In this document: positions 30,878-41,907 of the stretch, one piece after another | Layout of the letters: each line of letters starts with the position of its first letter | How positions within the stretch are numbered: the stretch's first letter is position 1 | Source: an uncultured delta proteobacterium | GTDB lineage: Bacteria; Desulfobacterota; Binatia; DP-6 | Direction: 5' to 3' | DNA: 64,000 nt | Assembly: GCA_963815115.1 (NCBI GenBank) | Contig: CAWFFN010000009.1 | Span: 1,632,001 to 1,696,000 of the forward strand | Program-made: the position numbers and the translations under genes | The notes under the pieces: model-generated | What the model was told of the DNA's origin: nothing | Databases searched by the model: none | What the model saw: only the letters and a program-made list of their open reading frames with translations

Positions 30878-31453
30878 TCACTTGGTCCCGAGTGCGTCCA
30901 GCGCCAGGTTGAGGGAGAGGACGTCGACGACGGGCTCGCCGAGGATGCCCCACTGCCGGCCGCGAGTGTACCGGGCCACCAGCCCCTGGACCGTTGCCTC
31001 GGACAGGCCGCGCGCCCGTGCCACGCGGCCGACCTGATAGCGGGCGGCTGCCGGGCTGATGTTCGGGTCGAGGCCGCTTCCCGAGGCCGTCACGAGGTCC
31101 ACGGGGACGGGGAGCGGGTTGGCCGGATCGGCGGCCTTGAGAGCGTCCAGCCGGCCACGGACCGCGTCGAGCAGCGTGTCGCTCAGCGGGCCCTGGTTCG
31201 ACCCCGACGACGCCGCGCCGTTGTAGGGCTGGGGTGACGTCGCGGAGAGCCGGCTCCAGAAGTACTTCGGGTCGTCGAACGGCTGTCCGATGAGGCTGGA
31301 CCCGACGGCCTTCCCATCCTGCACGAGCACGCTGCCGTTCGCCTGTGCGGGGAAGAATACCTGTGCGACGCCGGTCACGAGGAGCGGATACACGATGCCC
31401 GTGAGCACCGTCATGAGGACGAAGGCGATGAGGGCGGGGCGGAGTTGGTTCAT
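30878..31453 (-). CDS. kdpC: K+-transporting ATPase subunit C (operon 1)
   Basis: [20 protein letters not shown] and [12 protein letters not shown]. Confidence 0.95.
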   Translation of the reverse strand: MNQLRPALIAFVLMTVLTGIVYPLLVTGVAQVFFPAQANGSVLVQDGKAVGSSLIGQPFDDPKYFWSRLSATSPQPYNGAASSGSNQGPLSDTLLDAVRGRLDALKAADPANPLPVPVDLVTASGSGLDPNISPAAARYQVGRVARARGLSEATVQGLVARYTRGRQWGILGEPVVDVLSLNLALDALGTK

Positions 31454-31471
31454 GATCTTCTCCCGGCGCCG

Positions 31472-33562
31472 TCAGGCGAGACCGAGCGCGGACAGCGCCA
31501 TGTCGATGGCCTTGATGCCGATGAAGGGCGCGATGATGCCGCCGAGGCCGTAGACGAGCAGGTTGTCGCGCAGCAGGGTCGAGGCCCCGACGTGCCGGTA
31601 GCGCACGCCGCGCAGCGCGAGCGGGATCAGCGCGATGATGATGAGGGCGTTGAAGATCACCGCCGACAGGATGGCGCTCTGCGGCGTCCTGAGGCCCATC
31701 ACGTTGAGCCTGCTCAGCACCGGATAGGTGCTCGCGAACGCGGCGGGGATGATCGCGAAGTACTTCGCGACGTCGTTGGCGATGCTGAAGGTGGTCAGCG
31801 AGCCGCGGGTCATGAGGAGCTGCTTCCCGATCTCGACGATCTCGATCAGCTTGGTGGGGTTGGAGTCGAGGTCGACCAGGTTGCCGGCTTCCTTGGCAGC
31901 CTGGGTCCCCGTGTTCATGGCGACGGCGACGTCCGCCTGGGCCAGCGCGGGCGCGTCGTTGGTGCCGTCGCCCGTCATGGCGATCAGCCGGCCGCCGCGC
32001 TGATAGTCGCGGATGAGCTCGAGCTTCTTCTCCGGGGTCGCCTGGGCGAGATAATCGTCGACGCCCGCCTCGGCCGCGATGGACGCGGCGGTGAGCGGGT
32101 TGTCGCCGGTGATCATCACCGTCTGGATGCCCATCTCGCGCAGCTCGGCGAAGCGTTCCTTGATGCGCGTCTTCACGATGTCCTTGAGCTGGACGACGCC
32201 CATCACCTGCGCGCCGTCGGCCACCACCAGCGGCGTGCCACCCTCCCGCGCGATCGACTCGACGCTGCGCTCCACCGCGACCGGGAACCGCCCGCCCAGC
32301 GCCCGCACGTGCTCCTCGATCGCGTCCGCGGCCCCCTTGCGCACCTGGCGGCCGTTCAGGTTGACGCCGCTCATGCGGGTCTGCGCGCTGAACGGGACGA
32401 ACGTGGCGCCGAGCTCGTGGACGTTCCGCTCGCGCAGCCCGTACTTCTCCTTGGCGAGCACGACGATGCTCCGGCCTTCCGGCGTCTCGTCGGCGAGGGA
32501 TGCGAGCTGCGCCGCGTCCGCGAGCTTCTCGACCGCGACGCCGTCGATGGGAATGAACGCCGTCGCCTGGCGGTTGCCGAGCGTGATCGTCCCCGTCTTG
32601 TCGAGGAGCAGCACGTCGACGTCGCCCGCCGCCTCCACGGCGCGGCCCGACATGGCGATCACGTTGGCCTGGATCATCCGGTCCATGCCGGCGATGCCGA
32701 TCGCGGACAGCAGGCCGCCGATGGTCGTCGGGATGAGGCAGACGAGGAGGGCGGCGAGCACGGTCATCGTGACCGGGGTGCCCTGACCCACCTCGTTGAC
32801 GCTGTAGATCGAGAACGGGAGCAGGGTGATCGTCGCCAGCAGGAAGATGATCGTGAGGGCGGCGAGGAGGATGTTGAGCGCGATCTCGTTGGGCGTTTTC
32901 TGCCGCGTGGCTCCCTCGACCATCCCGATCATGCGGTCGAGGAAGGTCTCGCCCGGATCGCTCGTGATCCTGATCACGAGCCAGTCGGAGAGGACGCGGG
33001 TCCCGCCGGTGACGGCGCTCCGGTCGCTGCCGGCCTCCCGGATGACCGGGGCACTCTCACCCGTGATCGCGCTCTCGTCGACGGACGCGATCCCGACGAC
33101 GGCCTCGCCGTCGCTCGGGATGAACTCGCCCGCCGCGGCGAAGACGACGTCTCCCTTGCGGAGCTCGGCGCTCGTCACCTGCGTGAAGCGGGCCTGCCGG
33201 GGATCGAAGCCGTTCTCGGGCGTGCGGGGGAGCTTCCGCGCGACGGTGTCGCGGCGCGCCTTGCGCAGCGTGTCGGCCTGGGCCTTGCCGCGGCCCTCGG
33301 CCATGGCCTCCGCGAAGTTCGCGAAGAGGACCGTGAACCAGAGCCAGAGCGACACCGCCAGGATGAAGCCGGCCGGCGCCTCGCCATGGCCGAGCAGCGC
33401 CTGGACGAAGAGCCCCGTCGTCAAGACGCTGCCGACCAGCACGACGAACATCACGGGGTTCTTGATCTGATGGCGGGGGGCGAGCTTGGCGAACGATGCC
33501 GCGATGGCGCCGCGCACGATCTCGGGGTCGAACAGGGGATGGGCTTTGCTGTGCGTCTGCAT
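31472..33562 (-). CDS. kdpB: K+-transporting ATPase subunit B (operon 1)
   Basis: [25 protein letters not shown] and NDVAKYF. Confidence 0.97.
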   Translation of the reverse strand: MQTHSKAHPLFDPEIVRGAIAASFAKLAPRHQIKNPVMFVVLVGSVLTTGLFVQALLGHGEAPAGFILAVSLWLWFTVLFANFAEAMAEGRGKAQADTLRKARRDTVARKLPRTPENGFDPRQARFTQVTSAELRKGDVVFAAAGEFIPSDGEAVVGIASVDESAITGESAPVIREAGSDRSAVTGGTRVLSDWLVIRITSDPGETFLDRMIGMVEGATRQKTPNEIALNILLAALTIIFLLATITLLPFSIYSVNEVGQGTPVTMTVLAALLVCLIPTTIGGLLSAIGIAGMDRMIQANVIAMSGRAVEAAGDVDVLLLDKTGTITLGNRQATAFIPIDGVAVEKLADAAQLASLADETPEGRSIVVLAKEKYGLRERNVHELGATFVPFSAQTRMSGVNLNGRQVRKGAADAIEEHVRALGGRFPVAVERSVESIAREGGTPLVVADGAQVMGVVQLKDIVKTRIKERFAELREMGIQTVMITGDNPLTAASIAAEAGVDDYLAQATPEKKLELIRDYQRGGRLIAMTGDGTNDAPALAQADVAVAMNTGTQAAKEAGNLVDLDSNPTKLIEIVEIGKQLLMTRGSLTTFSIANDVAKYFAIIPAAFASTYPVLSRLNVMGLRTPQSAILSAVIFNALIIIALIPLALRGVRYRHVGASTLLRDNLLVYGLGGIIAPFIGIKAIDMALSALGLA

Positions 33563-33574
33563 GGGTGTCCTCGA

Positions 33575-35377
33575 TCAAGCGGTCAGCATGAGGTGCTCGA
33601 CGATGGGGCCGAGCGCCAGGGCGGGAATGAACGTGAGCGCACCGACGATGATCACGACGCCGATCAGCATGACGACGAAGAGCGGCGTGTGGGTCGGGAG
33701 CGTCCCGGGGCCCACCGGCACGCGCTTCTTCTGCGCCAGGGAGCCGGCGATGGCGAGCGTCGGGATGGCGAGCCAGAAGCGCGTGAAGAGCATCTCGACG
33801 CCGCCGAGGGCGTTGTAGAAGGGGACGTTCGCCGAGAGGCCGGCGAACGCGCTGCCGTTGTTCCCGCCCTGCGAGCTGAAGGCGTAGAGGATCTCGCTGA
33901 AGCCGTGCGCGCCGGTGTTGGCGCGGCCGGCGAGACCGGCCGCCGTCGTGACACCGAGCGAGGTCAGCAGAAGGATGAACATCGGCGGGATCAGGATGAT
34001 GAGCGCGGCCATCTTCATCTCGTACGCCTCGATCTTCTTCCCGAGGTACTCGGGCGTCCGCCCGACCATGAGGCCGGCGACGAAGACGGCGATGATCGCG
34101 AAGACCAGCATGCCGTACAGCCCGCAGCCGACGCCGCCGAAGATGACCTCGCCGAGCTGGATCATGAAGAGCGGCACCAGGCCGCCGAGCGGGGTGAACG
34201 AGTCGTGCATGGAGTTCACCGACCCGTTCGACGCGGCGGTCGTCGCCGTGGCCCAGAGCGCGGAGTTGGCGACGCCGAAGCGGACCTCCTTGCCCTCCAT
34301 GTTGCCACCGGGCTGGAGGCTGCTCGCGACGGAGTCGACACCGAGGGCCGTGATCCTGGGGTTCCCCTGGTACTCGGCCCACAGGCAGAGGGCGAGGAAC
34401 ACCACGAAGACGACCGTCATGGCCGCGAGCACCGCCCATCCCTGCCTGGTGTCGCCGACCATCGCGCCGAAGGTGTAGCAGAGGGCCGCGCTGATCAGCA
34501 GAATCGCGAGCAGCTCGAAGAAGTTCGAGAGCGGGGTCGGGTTCTCGTAGGGATGCGCCGAGTTGACGTTGAAGAAGCCGCCGCCGTTGGTGCCCATCTG
34601 CTTGATCGCGATCTGCGATGCCGCCGGTCCCATGGGCAGGCTCTGCTCGGTCACGGCCGACGTCTCGGTCTTCGGCTGGCCCTGGTCGTCGAGCACCGGG
34701 TTGCCGTCGTCGTCCTTCACCGGCGTCGTCGCCGTCGTCGCCTGGACGAGCGACACCGTCTTGTAGTCGCTGAAATTCTGCACCACCCCCTGCGACACCA
34801 GGACGACCGCGAGCGCGAGCGAGAGCGGCAGCAGGATGTAGAGGACGCTCCGGGTCAGGTCGACCCAGAAGTTGCCGATGTCGCTGGTCTTGGCGCTCCG
34901 GAATCCGCGGACGAGCGCGACCAGGATGGCCATGCCCGTCGCGGCGGAGACGAAGTTCTGCACCCCCAGGCCCAGCATCTGGGTGAGGTAGCTCATCGTC
35001 GACTCGCCGCCGTACCCCTGCCAGTTCGTGTTGGTCACGAAGCTCGTCGCCGTGTTGAAGGAGGAGTCGGGGGTGACGGCGCTGAAGGCCTGCGGGTTGA
35101 GCGGCAGGACGCCCTGCAGGCGTTGCAGCGCGTAGACGAAGAACACGCCGACCGCGTTGAACAGCAACATCGCGATCGCATACGTCTTCCAGTTCATGCC
35201 CTCGTCCGGACGGACGCCGCACGCCCGGTAGACGAGGCGCTCGATCGGCCCGAGCAGCCGGCCGAGGAACGTCGGCTGGCCCTCGTAGACGCGCGCCATG
35301 AAGCCGCCGAGCGGCTTCACGAGGATGACGAGGACGGCGAGGTAGATACCGACCTGCAAGAACGCGTTTGCGGTCAT
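33575..35377 (-). CDS. kdpA: K+-transporting ATPase subunit A (operon 1)
   Basis: Canonical filter loops NTNWQ, GTNGGG, ASNGS and NNGSA; [11 protein letters not shown]; start overlaps the kdpF stop. Confidence 0.97.
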   Translation of the reverse strand: MTANAFLQVGIYLAVLVILVKPLGGFMARVYEGQPTFLGRLLGPIERLVYRACGVRPDEGMNWKTYAIAMLLFNAVGVFFVYALQRLQGVLPLNPQAFSAVTPDSSFNTATSFVTNTNWQGYGGESTMSYLTQMLGLGVQNFVSAATGMAILVALVRGFRSAKTSDIGNFWVDLTRSVLYILLPLSLALAVVLVSQGVVQNFSDYKTVSLVQATTATTPVKDDDGNPVLDDQGQPKTETSAVTEQSLPMGPAASQIAIKQMGTNGGGFFNVNSAHPYENPTPLSNFFELLAILLISAALCYTFGAMVGDTRQGWAVLAAMTVVFVVFLALCLWAEYQGNPRITALGVDSVASSLQPGGNMEGKEVRFGVANSALWATATTAASNGSVNSMHDSFTPLGGLVPLFMIQLGEVIFGGVGCGLYGMLVFAIIAVFVAGLMVGRTPEYLGKKIEAYEMKMAALIILIPPMFILLLTSLGVTTAAGLAGRANTGAHGFSEILYAFSSQGGNNGSAFAGLSANVPFYNALGGVEMLFTRFWLAIPTLAIAGSLAQKKRVPVGPGTLPTHTPLFVVMLIGVVIIVGALTFIPALALGPIVEHLMLTA

Positions 35378-35466
35378 CAGAACCGCTCCGGCCTGAGAAG
35401 GGCGACGAAGAGATAGACGAAGAGGCCGACCGTCACGATGCCGCCGATGACGTAAAGCACTGACAT
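35377..35466 (-). CDS. kdpF: K+-transporting ATPase subunit F (operon 1)
   Basis: MSVLYVIGGIVTVGLFVYLFVALLRPERF; YL..AL..PERF signature. Confidence 0.92.
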   Translation of the reverse strand: MSVLYVIGGIVTVGLFVYLFVALLRPERF

Positions 35467-35558
35467 CACGAACCTCCCAGGAGGCGGTCGCAGGCCACGA
35501 TGAAGGCCCACGACAGCGTGACGAATCCGATCGTGAGACCGAGGTAGAGAACGTCCAT
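35466..35558 (-). CDS. 30-aa TM microprotein upstream of kdpF1
   Basis: MDVLYLGLTIGFVTLSWAFIVACDRLLGGS; SD GAGGAG; TGATG coupling to kdpF. Confidence 0.8.
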   Translation of the reverse strand: MDVLYLGLTIGFVTLSWAFIVACDRLLGGS

Positions 35559-35640
35559 TGCGATTTGCTCCTCTCGAGACGGCACCGGTTCAGACCAGCG
35601 CCGATCACGTTTCATTTGGGGGGTTTCATTGTGTGGCGTC

Positions 35641-35655
35641 GCAGGAACCGTGCCA
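35641..35655 (-). promoter_or_regulatory. Sigma-54 promoter of kdp operon 1
   Basis: Minus strand TGGCACG-GTTC-CTGC. Confidence 0.75.
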
Positions 35656-35780
35656 GGGCCTGCCTCACGACTGCCCTGGATTCGGTGCGCCGTCGCGTGG
35701 CGAGGACTGCAGAGTGAAGGCTCGCCGCAATGCAATAAGGGACGAGCCAGTGCGCTCGCGACGGCCGCGCTCTTCATCCA

Positions 35781-35809
35781 TGCAGGCACGTCGCATGCGT
35801 TGACGTCGC
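35781..35809 (+). repeat. 29-bp direct repeat, copy 2
   Basis: tgcaggcacgtcgcatgcgttgacgtcgc. Confidence 0.7.
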
Positions 35810-35926
35810 GCGCGGCGCGACGACGAGGCCGAGCTGCCCGCACTCTGCAATGCTGGACCCGTTCATCATGCAGCGCCGACGGCCGCTGGATCCGAAATCT
35901 GCTCGCAAATGCCGTCGCCACGTCCG

Positions 35927-35941
35927 TGGCATGCTTCCTGC
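35927..35941 (+). promoter_or_regulatory. Sigma-54 promoter divergent from kdp1
   Basis: TGGCATG-CTTC-CTGC, 40 bp before ATG 35982. Confidence 0.65.
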
Positions 35942-35981
35942 CTACGACGTCGTGACCTCGAAACCTTCGGGCGACGCGAGC

Positions 35982-36269
35982 ATGCACCCAGACGCCATGC
36001 GATCGTCGACGCCGGCCCTCTGCGACCGGGTCGCGGTCGAGGCCCGCCTGCTCGACGTCGCCAGCAGCGACGCGGTGGCGGAGCTCGTCGTCGTGCTCCG
36101 GGGCACGGTGCGGCCGTGCCGCGGTCAAGGACCCAGCCTCTGGCGCGTTCATCTCGGCGACGGTCACCACCGGGTCGTGTCGACCCAGTCGGTGATCGCC
36201 GTCACCCCGCTGAGGACGCCAGCAACGTCGCGCACCCGGGGGAAGCCGGAGGATCAGACCGACCGGTAG
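35982..36269 (+). CDS. Hypothetical ~95-aa protein (beta-rich, SH3/Sm-like pattern)
   Basis: DRVAVEARLL..VVVLRGTV..WRVHLGDGHHRVVSTQSVIAV; sits behind a sigma-54 motif; start uncertain. Confidence 0.5.
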   Translation: MHPDAMRSSTPALCDRVAVEARLLDVASSDAVAELVVVLRGTVRPCRGQGPSLWRVHLGDGHHRVVSTQSVIAVTPLRTPATSRTRGKPEDQTDR

Positions 36270-36547
36270 CGCGGGCGCTCCAGCACCGACGGATCCTTGC
36301 CGTGCCGTCGTCGCGCGAGGCGACGAGGGGCGCCGGAGGTGCGCCCGCGCGAGCTCGCCTGCAGCACAAGCTACTAGCTAGCGTGCTATGAAGCAAGTGA
36401 ACGCTCACGGAACGAGCAGCTGCTGCGTACGCGGTGGGCAGCGCTCCCTACGACACGCCGGCGGGCACGTGGGCTGCCAGAAGCCTCCCGCGAGCAGGTG
36501 GCCGTCGTGGTTGAGAAAATCGCCGCGCCTGCCCAGCCATGCATCCG

Positions 36548-36562
36548 CGGCACGCTTTCTGC
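36548..36562 (+). promoter_or_regulatory. Sigma-54 promoter of kdp operon 2
   Basis: CGGCACG-CTTT-CTGC, 36 bp before ATG 36599. Confidence 0.7.
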
Positions 36563-36598
36563 GACGCGGCTCACGGCAATGCGTCAGGAGGTGCGTCG

Positions 36599-36694
36599 AT
36601 GAATCTCGCGGTCTGGTACCCGGCCATGTTCGTGCTCGGCGTGGTGGCGATGGGGATCTGCCTACTGTTCCTCGACGCCTGCGAAAGGATCTGA
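36599..36694 (+). CDS. 31-aa TM microprotein upstream of kdpF2
   Basis: MNLAVWYPAMFVLGVVAMGICLLFLDACERI; SD AGGAGGT. Confidence 0.8.
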   Translation: MNLAVWYPAMFVLGVVAMGICLLFLDACERI

Positions 36695-36703
36695 GGAGAA
36701 CCC

Positions 36704-36784
36704 ATGCTCATACTCACCGCTGCGGTGTCCGCGTTCCTCTTCGTCTATCTGTTCACGGCGTTGATCCGCCCCGAATGGTTCTGA
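36704..36784 (+). CDS. kdpF: K+-transporting ATPase subunit F (operon 2)
   Basis: MLILTAAVSAFLFVYLFTALIRPEWF; SD GAGGAG. Confidence 0.9.
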   Translation: MLILTAAVSAFLFVYLFTALIRPEWF

Positions 36785-36796
36785 GAGAGGCCGACG

Positions 36797-38614
36797 ATGT
36801 GGTCACTTCCGATCTCGATGCTGGTGGCGACGACGCTGCTGGCGATCCCGCTCAGCCGCTACCTCGCGTGGGTGATGGACGGCCGCTACCGGCCGCGCGG
36901 TCCGCTCCGGGCGATCGAACTCGCGCTCGATAGCGGGCCGCAGACCTGGAAGCAGTACACGGCGGCACTGCTGATCTTCAACACCGTACTGTTCGTGTTC
37001 GGCTTCCTGGTCCTGGCGCTCCAGCCGTGGATGCCGCTCAACGACCTGGGACGGGGCGCGCTGGCGCCGTCGACCATCTTTCACACCGTCGTGTCGTTCA
37101 TGACGAACACCGACGTGCAGCACTACTCGGGCGACCAGCACTTCTCGATCTTCAGCCAGATCGTCTTCGGGGTCGCGAACTTCTTCCTCTCGGCGTCGAT
37201 CGGATTCTGCGCGCTCACCGCCATCATCCGGGCCGTGCGCGGCGGCCCGACGGTCGGCAACTTCTTCGTCGACATGTGGCGGGTCGTGGCCTACATGTTC
37301 CTTCCCATCGCCTTCGTTCTGTCGCTCGTCTGGGTGCAGCAGGGGAGCCCGATGACCTTCAAGGGCGCGTATCAGGTCTCGACGCTCGAGGCCGGAGCGA
37401 TGGGCAGCGCGGACGACGGGACACCGAAGCAGCAGAACATCGCCGTCGGACCGCTCGGGGTCTTTCTCCCGATGAAGCAGCTCGGGACCAACGGCGGCGG
37501 CTTCTACGGCATGAACTCCGCGCACCCGTTCGAGAACCCGACGGTGACGACGAATGTCCTCTCATGTGTGGGGATGATGCTCTTCCCGTTCGCGCTGGTC
37601 CTCATGTTCGGGCGCATGCTGGGGCGACTGCGACATGCTTGGGTGATCTTCTCGGTGATGATGCTCTTCATGATCGGGACGATCGTCTGGACCGTCTACT
37701 TCGACACATTGCAGCCGAACCCCGCGCTGACGGCGCACCCGGCCGGCGCGACGTACGACCTGCCAGATCCGACGGCGCCCGGCGGGAAACAGACGATCAC
37801 GATCCCGTCGGTTGCGGGTCTCCCGGTCGATCAGCGTCTCGGCAACCTCGAGGGCAAGGAGCTGCGCTTCGGGACCGCCGCCGGCGCGACCTTCGCGGCG
37901 CTCACGGTCGACGTCACCGACGGGGCGGTCAACTGCGAGCACGACAGCCTCAACCCGCTCGCGGGATTCGGTCCCTACGTCGGCATGTGGCTCAACTGCT
38001 TCTTCGGGGGCAAGGGCGTCGGGATGATCAACATGCTGCTCTTCGTGATCATCGGCATCTTCGTCGCCGGTCAGATGGTGGGGCGGACCCCGGAGTATCT
38101 CGGCAAGAAGATCGGCGCCCGGGAGATGAAGCTCGCGATGATCGCGCTGCTCATCCATCCGATCATGATCCTGTGGCCCACGGGGCTCTTCGCGGCGACG
38201 AGCTGGGGGCTGAACGCCGTGAGCAATCCCGGCGCCCACGGGTTCTCTCAGATCCTGTACCAGTTCTCCTCCTCGTCGGCGAACAATGGCTCCGCATTCG
38301 ACGGCCTCGGCGTGGCATACGGGTTCGCCGCGAATCAGACGCCCGCGCCGTCGGCTGTGCCATTCGACATCGCCAGCGGACTCGTGATCGTCATCAGCCG
38401 CTTCATCCCGATCATCGCGCCCATCGCGATGGCCGCCAGCCTCGGGGCGAAGAAGTCCGCGCCGTTCGGTCTCGGGACGCTGCGTGACGACACGGGCACG
38501 TTCGCGGGGCTGCTCATCGGGACGATCGTGATCATCGGCGCCCTCCTCTTCCTGCCGGTGGCGGCGCTTGCCCCGTTCGCCGAGCACCTCGGCCCGATCC
38601 CGTTCGGCGGCTGA
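36797..38614 (+). CDS. kdpA: Divergent KdpA (operon 2) with acidic filter substitutions
   Basis: [27 protein letters not shown] and ANNGSA retained; first loop NTDVQ; third loop [15 protein letters not shown]. Confidence 0.93.
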   Translation: MWSLPISMLVATTLLAIPLSRYLAWVMDGRYRPRGPLRAIELALDSGPQTWKQYTAALLIFNTVLFVFGFLVLALQPWMPLNDLGRGALAPSTIFHTVVSFMTNTDVQHYSGDQHFSIFSQIVFGVANFFLSASIGFCALTAIIRAVRGGPTVGNFFVDMWRVVAYMFLPIAFVLSLVWVQQGSPMTFKGAYQVSTLEAGAMGSADDGTPKQQNIAVGPLGVFLPMKQLGTNGGGFYGMNSAHPFENPTVTTNVLSCVGMMLFPFALVLMFGRMLGRLRHAWVIFSVMMLFMIGTIVWTVYFDTLQPNPALTAHPAGATYDLPDPTAPGGKQTITIPSVAGLPVDQRLGNLEGKELRFGTAAGATFAALTVDVTDGAVNCEHDSLNPLAGFGPYVGMWLNCFFGGKGVGMINMLLFVIIGIFVAGQMVGRTPEYLGKKIGAREMKLAMIALLIHPIMILWPTGLFAATSWGLNAVSNPGAHGFSQILYQFSSSSANNGSAFDGLGVAYGFAANQTPAPSAVPFDIASGLVIVISRFIPIIAPIAMAASLGAKKSAPFGLGTLRDDTGTFAGLLIGTIVIIGALLFLPVAALAPFAEHLGPIPFGG

Positions 38615-38627
38615 AAGGAGCACCACG

Positions 38628-40808
38628 ATGAACCGGTCCAACGTTGCCATCCCCCTCGAGCAGGAGCCGCCGTCAGCGCCGGGGATGCCCCGGCCGGCGC
38701 GCCGGATCCGGCGCGCCGACCTGCTGGGGCCCGAGCTCGTCCGCGCGGCGCTGGTCCGCTCGGTCACGATGCTCCGACCCGACGTGCAATGGGCGAATCC
38801 CGTCATGTTCTGCGTCGAGGTCGGCGCCGTCCTGACGGCGATCTTCGCCGTCGCCGCGCTGCTCGGGCAGGGCGGACAGGCACCCGTCACCTACCTGGCC
38901 GCCCTCGACCTCTGGCTCTGGGCGACGGTTCTCTTCGCCAACTTCGCCACCGCGCTCGCCGAGGCGCGCGGCCAGGCGCAAGCCGAGTCGCTCCGCCGCA
39001 CGCGGCGCGACACGCCGGCGTACCGGCTGCTGAGGAACGGCTCGGTCGAGCCGACGACGTCGACCGAGCTCCGAGTGGGCGATCTCGTGGTCGTCGAGGC
39101 GAACCAGATCATCCCGGGCGACGGCGAGGTCGTCGAGGGAATCGCGTCGGTCGACGAGTCGGCGATCACGGGCGAGTCGGCGCCGGTCATCCGTGAGGCC
39201 GGCGGTGACCGGTCCGGGGTCACGGGCGGGACCATCGTGCGCTCGGACCGGATCGTCGTCCGCATCACCGCCCAGACGGGCGAGTCGTTCCTCGACCGCA
39301 TGATCGCGCTCGTCGAGGGCGCCATCCGACAGCGGACGCCGAACGAGATCGCGCTGACGCTCGTGCTGTCGGCCTTCACCCTGATCTTCCTCATCGTCGT
39401 CGTGCCGCTCTGGCCGATGGCGTGGAATGCGGAAAACTACATGACGGCGTATCTGGGGCGTCCGGAGCCGCTGCACAGCCTCGGGACGGACGTGCCGACG
39501 CTCGTGGCGCTCCTGGTCTGTCTCATCCCGACCACGATCGGCGCGCTGCTGGCCGCGATCGGCATCGCCGGCATGGACCGCGCGCTCCAGGCGAACATCC
39601 TCGCGAAGAGCGGCAAGGCCGTCGAGACGGCCGGTGACGTGGATACGGTCCTGCTCGACAAGACCGGGACGATCACGATCGGCAACCGGCACGCGACCGA
39701 GTTCGTTCCCGTCGGGGAATTCACCGCGCTCGAGGTCGGCGAGCTCGCGGCGGCCGCGTCCGTGGCCGACGAGACCCCCGAGGGGAAGTCGATCGTGCGG
39801 CTCTTCTTGAAGCAGGCCGCCACCGTGACGAAAGGGCCGGTCGACCTGGCTTCGGCTCCCCGCGACGCCGAGGTGGTCCCGTTCACCGCACAGACGCGGA
39901 TGAGCGGCGTCGACCTGCCCGACGGTCAGCGCCTCAGGAAAGGAGCGCCGGACGCGGTGATCGCACTCGTCCGTCGGCAGAACGGCACGGTGCCGCCCGG
40001 GATCGAGGACCACGTGCGCGCCGTCGCCACGCGTGGGGCAACACCGTTGCTCGTGGCGCAGGGCGCGCGCATCGTGGGCATCGTCGTCCTCGAGGACATC
40101 CTGAAGCCCGGCATCCAGGAGCGGTTCGCGCGGCTGCGGAAGATGGGGCTCCGCACCGTGATGATCACCGGCGACAATCCGCTCACCGCCGCGACGATCG
40201 CGGAGCAGGCAGGGGTCGACGACTTCATCGCCGAGGCGACGCCCGAGGCCAAGCTCGCCTACATCAGGAAGGAGCAGGCCGACGGCAAGCTGGTGGCGAT
40301 GATGGGCGACGGCACGAACGACGCGCCCGCGCTCGCGCAGGCGGACGTCGGCGTCGCCATGAACTCCGGCACGCAGGCCGCCAAGGAAGCCGGCAACATG
40401 GTCGACCTCGACAGCGACCCGACGAAGGTGATCGAGGTCGTCGAGATCGGCAAGCAGCTCCTGATGACCCGCGGGGCGCTCACGACGTTCTCGGTCGCGA
40501 ACGACGTCGCCAAGTATTTCGCGATCGTCCCGGCGCTCTTCGCCGGCACGCTGCCGTGGCTCAAGGCGATCGACGTCATGCACCTGCACTCGCCGACATC
40601 CGCGATCCTGTCGGCGGTGATCTTCAACGCACTCATCATCCCCCTTCTCATCCCGGTCGCGCTTCGTGGCGTGAGCTACCGGCCGCTGGGGGCGGACGCG
40701 CTCCTGCGGCGGAACCTCATGGTGTGGGGAGTCGGCGGCGTCGTCCTGCCGTTCATCGGCATCAAGCTGATCGACGTCGTGATGGTTGGCCTGCACCTCG
40801 TTGCGTGA
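38628..40808 (+). CDS. kdpB: K+-transporting ATPase subunit B (operon 2)
   Basis: TGES, CLIPTT, DKTGT, GDGTND and NDVAKYF; extra loop [12 protein letters not shown].. Confidence 0.95.
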   Translation: MNRSNVAIPLEQEPPSAPGMPRPARRIRRADLLGPELVRAALVRSVTMLRPDVQWANPVMFCVEVGAVLTAIFAVAALLGQGGQAPVTYLAALDLWLWATVLFANFATALAEARGQAQAESLRRTRRDTPAYRLLRNGSVEPTTSTELRVGDLVVVEANQIIPGDGEVVEGIASVDESAITGESAPVIREAGGDRSGVTGGTIVRSDRIVVRITAQTGESFLDRMIALVEGAIRQRTPNEIALTLVLSAFTLIFLIVVVPLWPMAWNAENYMTAYLGRPEPLHSLGTDVPTLVALLVCLIPTTIGALLAAIGIAGMDRALQANILAKSGKAVETAGDVDTVLLDKTGTITIGNRHATEFVPVGEFTALEVGELAAAASVADETPEGKSIVRLFLKQAATVTKGPVDLASAPRDAEVVPFTAQTRMSGVDLPDGQRLRKGAPDAVIALVRRQNGTVPPGIEDHVRAVATRGATPLLVAQGARIVGIVVLEDILKPGIQERFARLRKMGLRTVMITGDNPLTAATIAEQAGVDDFIAEATPEAKLAYIRKEQADGKLVAMMGDGTNDAPALAQADVGVAMNSGTQAAKEAGNMVDLDSDPTKVIEVVEIGKQLLMTRGALTTFSVANDVAKYFAIVPALFAGTLPWLKAIDVMHLHSPTSAILSAVIFNALIIPLLIPVALRGVSYRPLGADALLRRNLMVWGVGGVVLPFIGIKLIDVVMVGLHLVA

Positions 40809-40830
40809 CGATCGGAAAGGCGTGAGCACG

Positions 40831-41859
40831 ATGGTACGACTGATCTCGAAGAGCCTTGTCCTGCTGGCGGTCACCGTGGTCCTCTGCTGCGGCATCTATC
40901 CCCTCGCCGTGTGGGCCGTCGCGCAGGCCGTGTTCCCGTTCCAGGCGAACGGCAGCCTGCTCACCGGCCCCGACGGCACGGTCGTCGGCTCGAAGCTGAT
41001 CGCCCAGCCGTTCACCAAGGACGAGTACTTCCAGCCGCGGCCGTCGGCGCCGTCGTACGACGCCTCCGCCTCGGCGTCGTCCGCCCTGGCGCCGTCGAAC
41101 TACCTCCTCCGCGACCGCGTCGCGCGGGCGCTCGGGCCGATCGCCAGGTACAAGGAGGGCGCGAAGAGCGGGCAGCTCGTCGGGCCGGACGTGGAGGCAT
41201 GGTTCCGGGAGGATCGTTTCCAGGGCGAGCCGCATCTGGTCGCGCAGTGGGCCGACGCGCACAACGCGCTCGCGCAGGCGTGGGTGAAGGCAGACCCGGG
41301 GAATGCCGCCGCCGTCGATGCGTGGGCGAAGGAGCACGCCGACGCGGTCGCGGCATGGGTCGAGGCGAACCCGGCAACGCCGGTGCCCGCTGCGACCGAC
41401 CTCGCGGTCGTGTTCTTCGACGACTGGTCGGCGACGAAGCCCGGGACGTGGCCGTCGCTGGTGGAGCACGCGGGTCCGGACGGGACGACGGTGAAGGCCG
41501 TCGAGCCGGTGCACGAAGGCACGGAGATCCAGTCGGTCTTCTTCGAGATGTGGCGCGAGGACCATCCGGACGTCGCGCTCGTCGACGTGCCCGCCGACCT
41601 CGTGACCACCTCGGGATCCGGCCTCGATCCGGACATCACCCTCGAGAACGCGCGCTATCAGCTCGACCGGGTGGCAGCCGCCTGGGCGCAGGACACGAAG
41701 CGCGACCCGGACGCCGTCCGCAAGGAGATCGAAACCGTGCTCGCGGAGAAGGCACACGCGCCGCTGGGCGGGCTCTGGGGCGTCGACGTGGTCAACGTCC
41801 TCGAGCTCAACCTCGAGCTGCGCAGGCGGTACGGGGAGCCACCAGCGCCGGCGGCGTGA
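40831..41859 (+). CDS. kdpC: Long-form KdpC (operon 2) with large insertion
   Basis: QANGS, GSKLIAQPF, YFQPRPSA and DLVTTSGSGLDP; 342 aa versus about 190 aa for KdpC1 and KdpC3. Confidence 0.88.
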   Translation: MVRLISKSLVLLAVTVVLCCGIYPLAVWAVAQAVFPFQANGSLLTGPDGTVVGSKLIAQPFTKDEYFQPRPSAPSYDASASASSALAPSNYLLRDRVARALGPIARYKEGAKSGQLVGPDVEAWFREDRFQGEPHLVAQWADAHNALAQAWVKADPGNAAAVDAWAKEHADAVAAWVEANPATPVPAATDLAVVFFDDWSATKPGTWPSLVEHAGPDGTTVKAVEPVHEGTEIQSVFFEMWREDHPDVALVDVPADLVTTSGSGLDPDITLENARYQLDRVAAAWAQDTKRDPDAVRKEIETVLAEKAHAPLGGLWGVDVVNVLELNLELRRRYGEPPAPAA

Positions 41860-41907
41860 GCGGCGGCCGTGGACCATGCCGCGGTGGAGCATGATGACGT
41901 CCCGCGA

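Noticed and set aside
31445-35416. 1323-aa plus-strand ORF (also 38673-40895, 42735-45263, 53261-55147)
   Set aside because: Antisense shadows of kdp and mgtA genes.
36270-36598. c-di-AMP (ydaO) riboswitch upstream of kdp operons
   Set aside because: No GCCGAATCC, GGGGTGAATC or CCCGTCAGCTAAC landmarks in any of the three leaders; the sigma-54 motifs leave only short UTRs.
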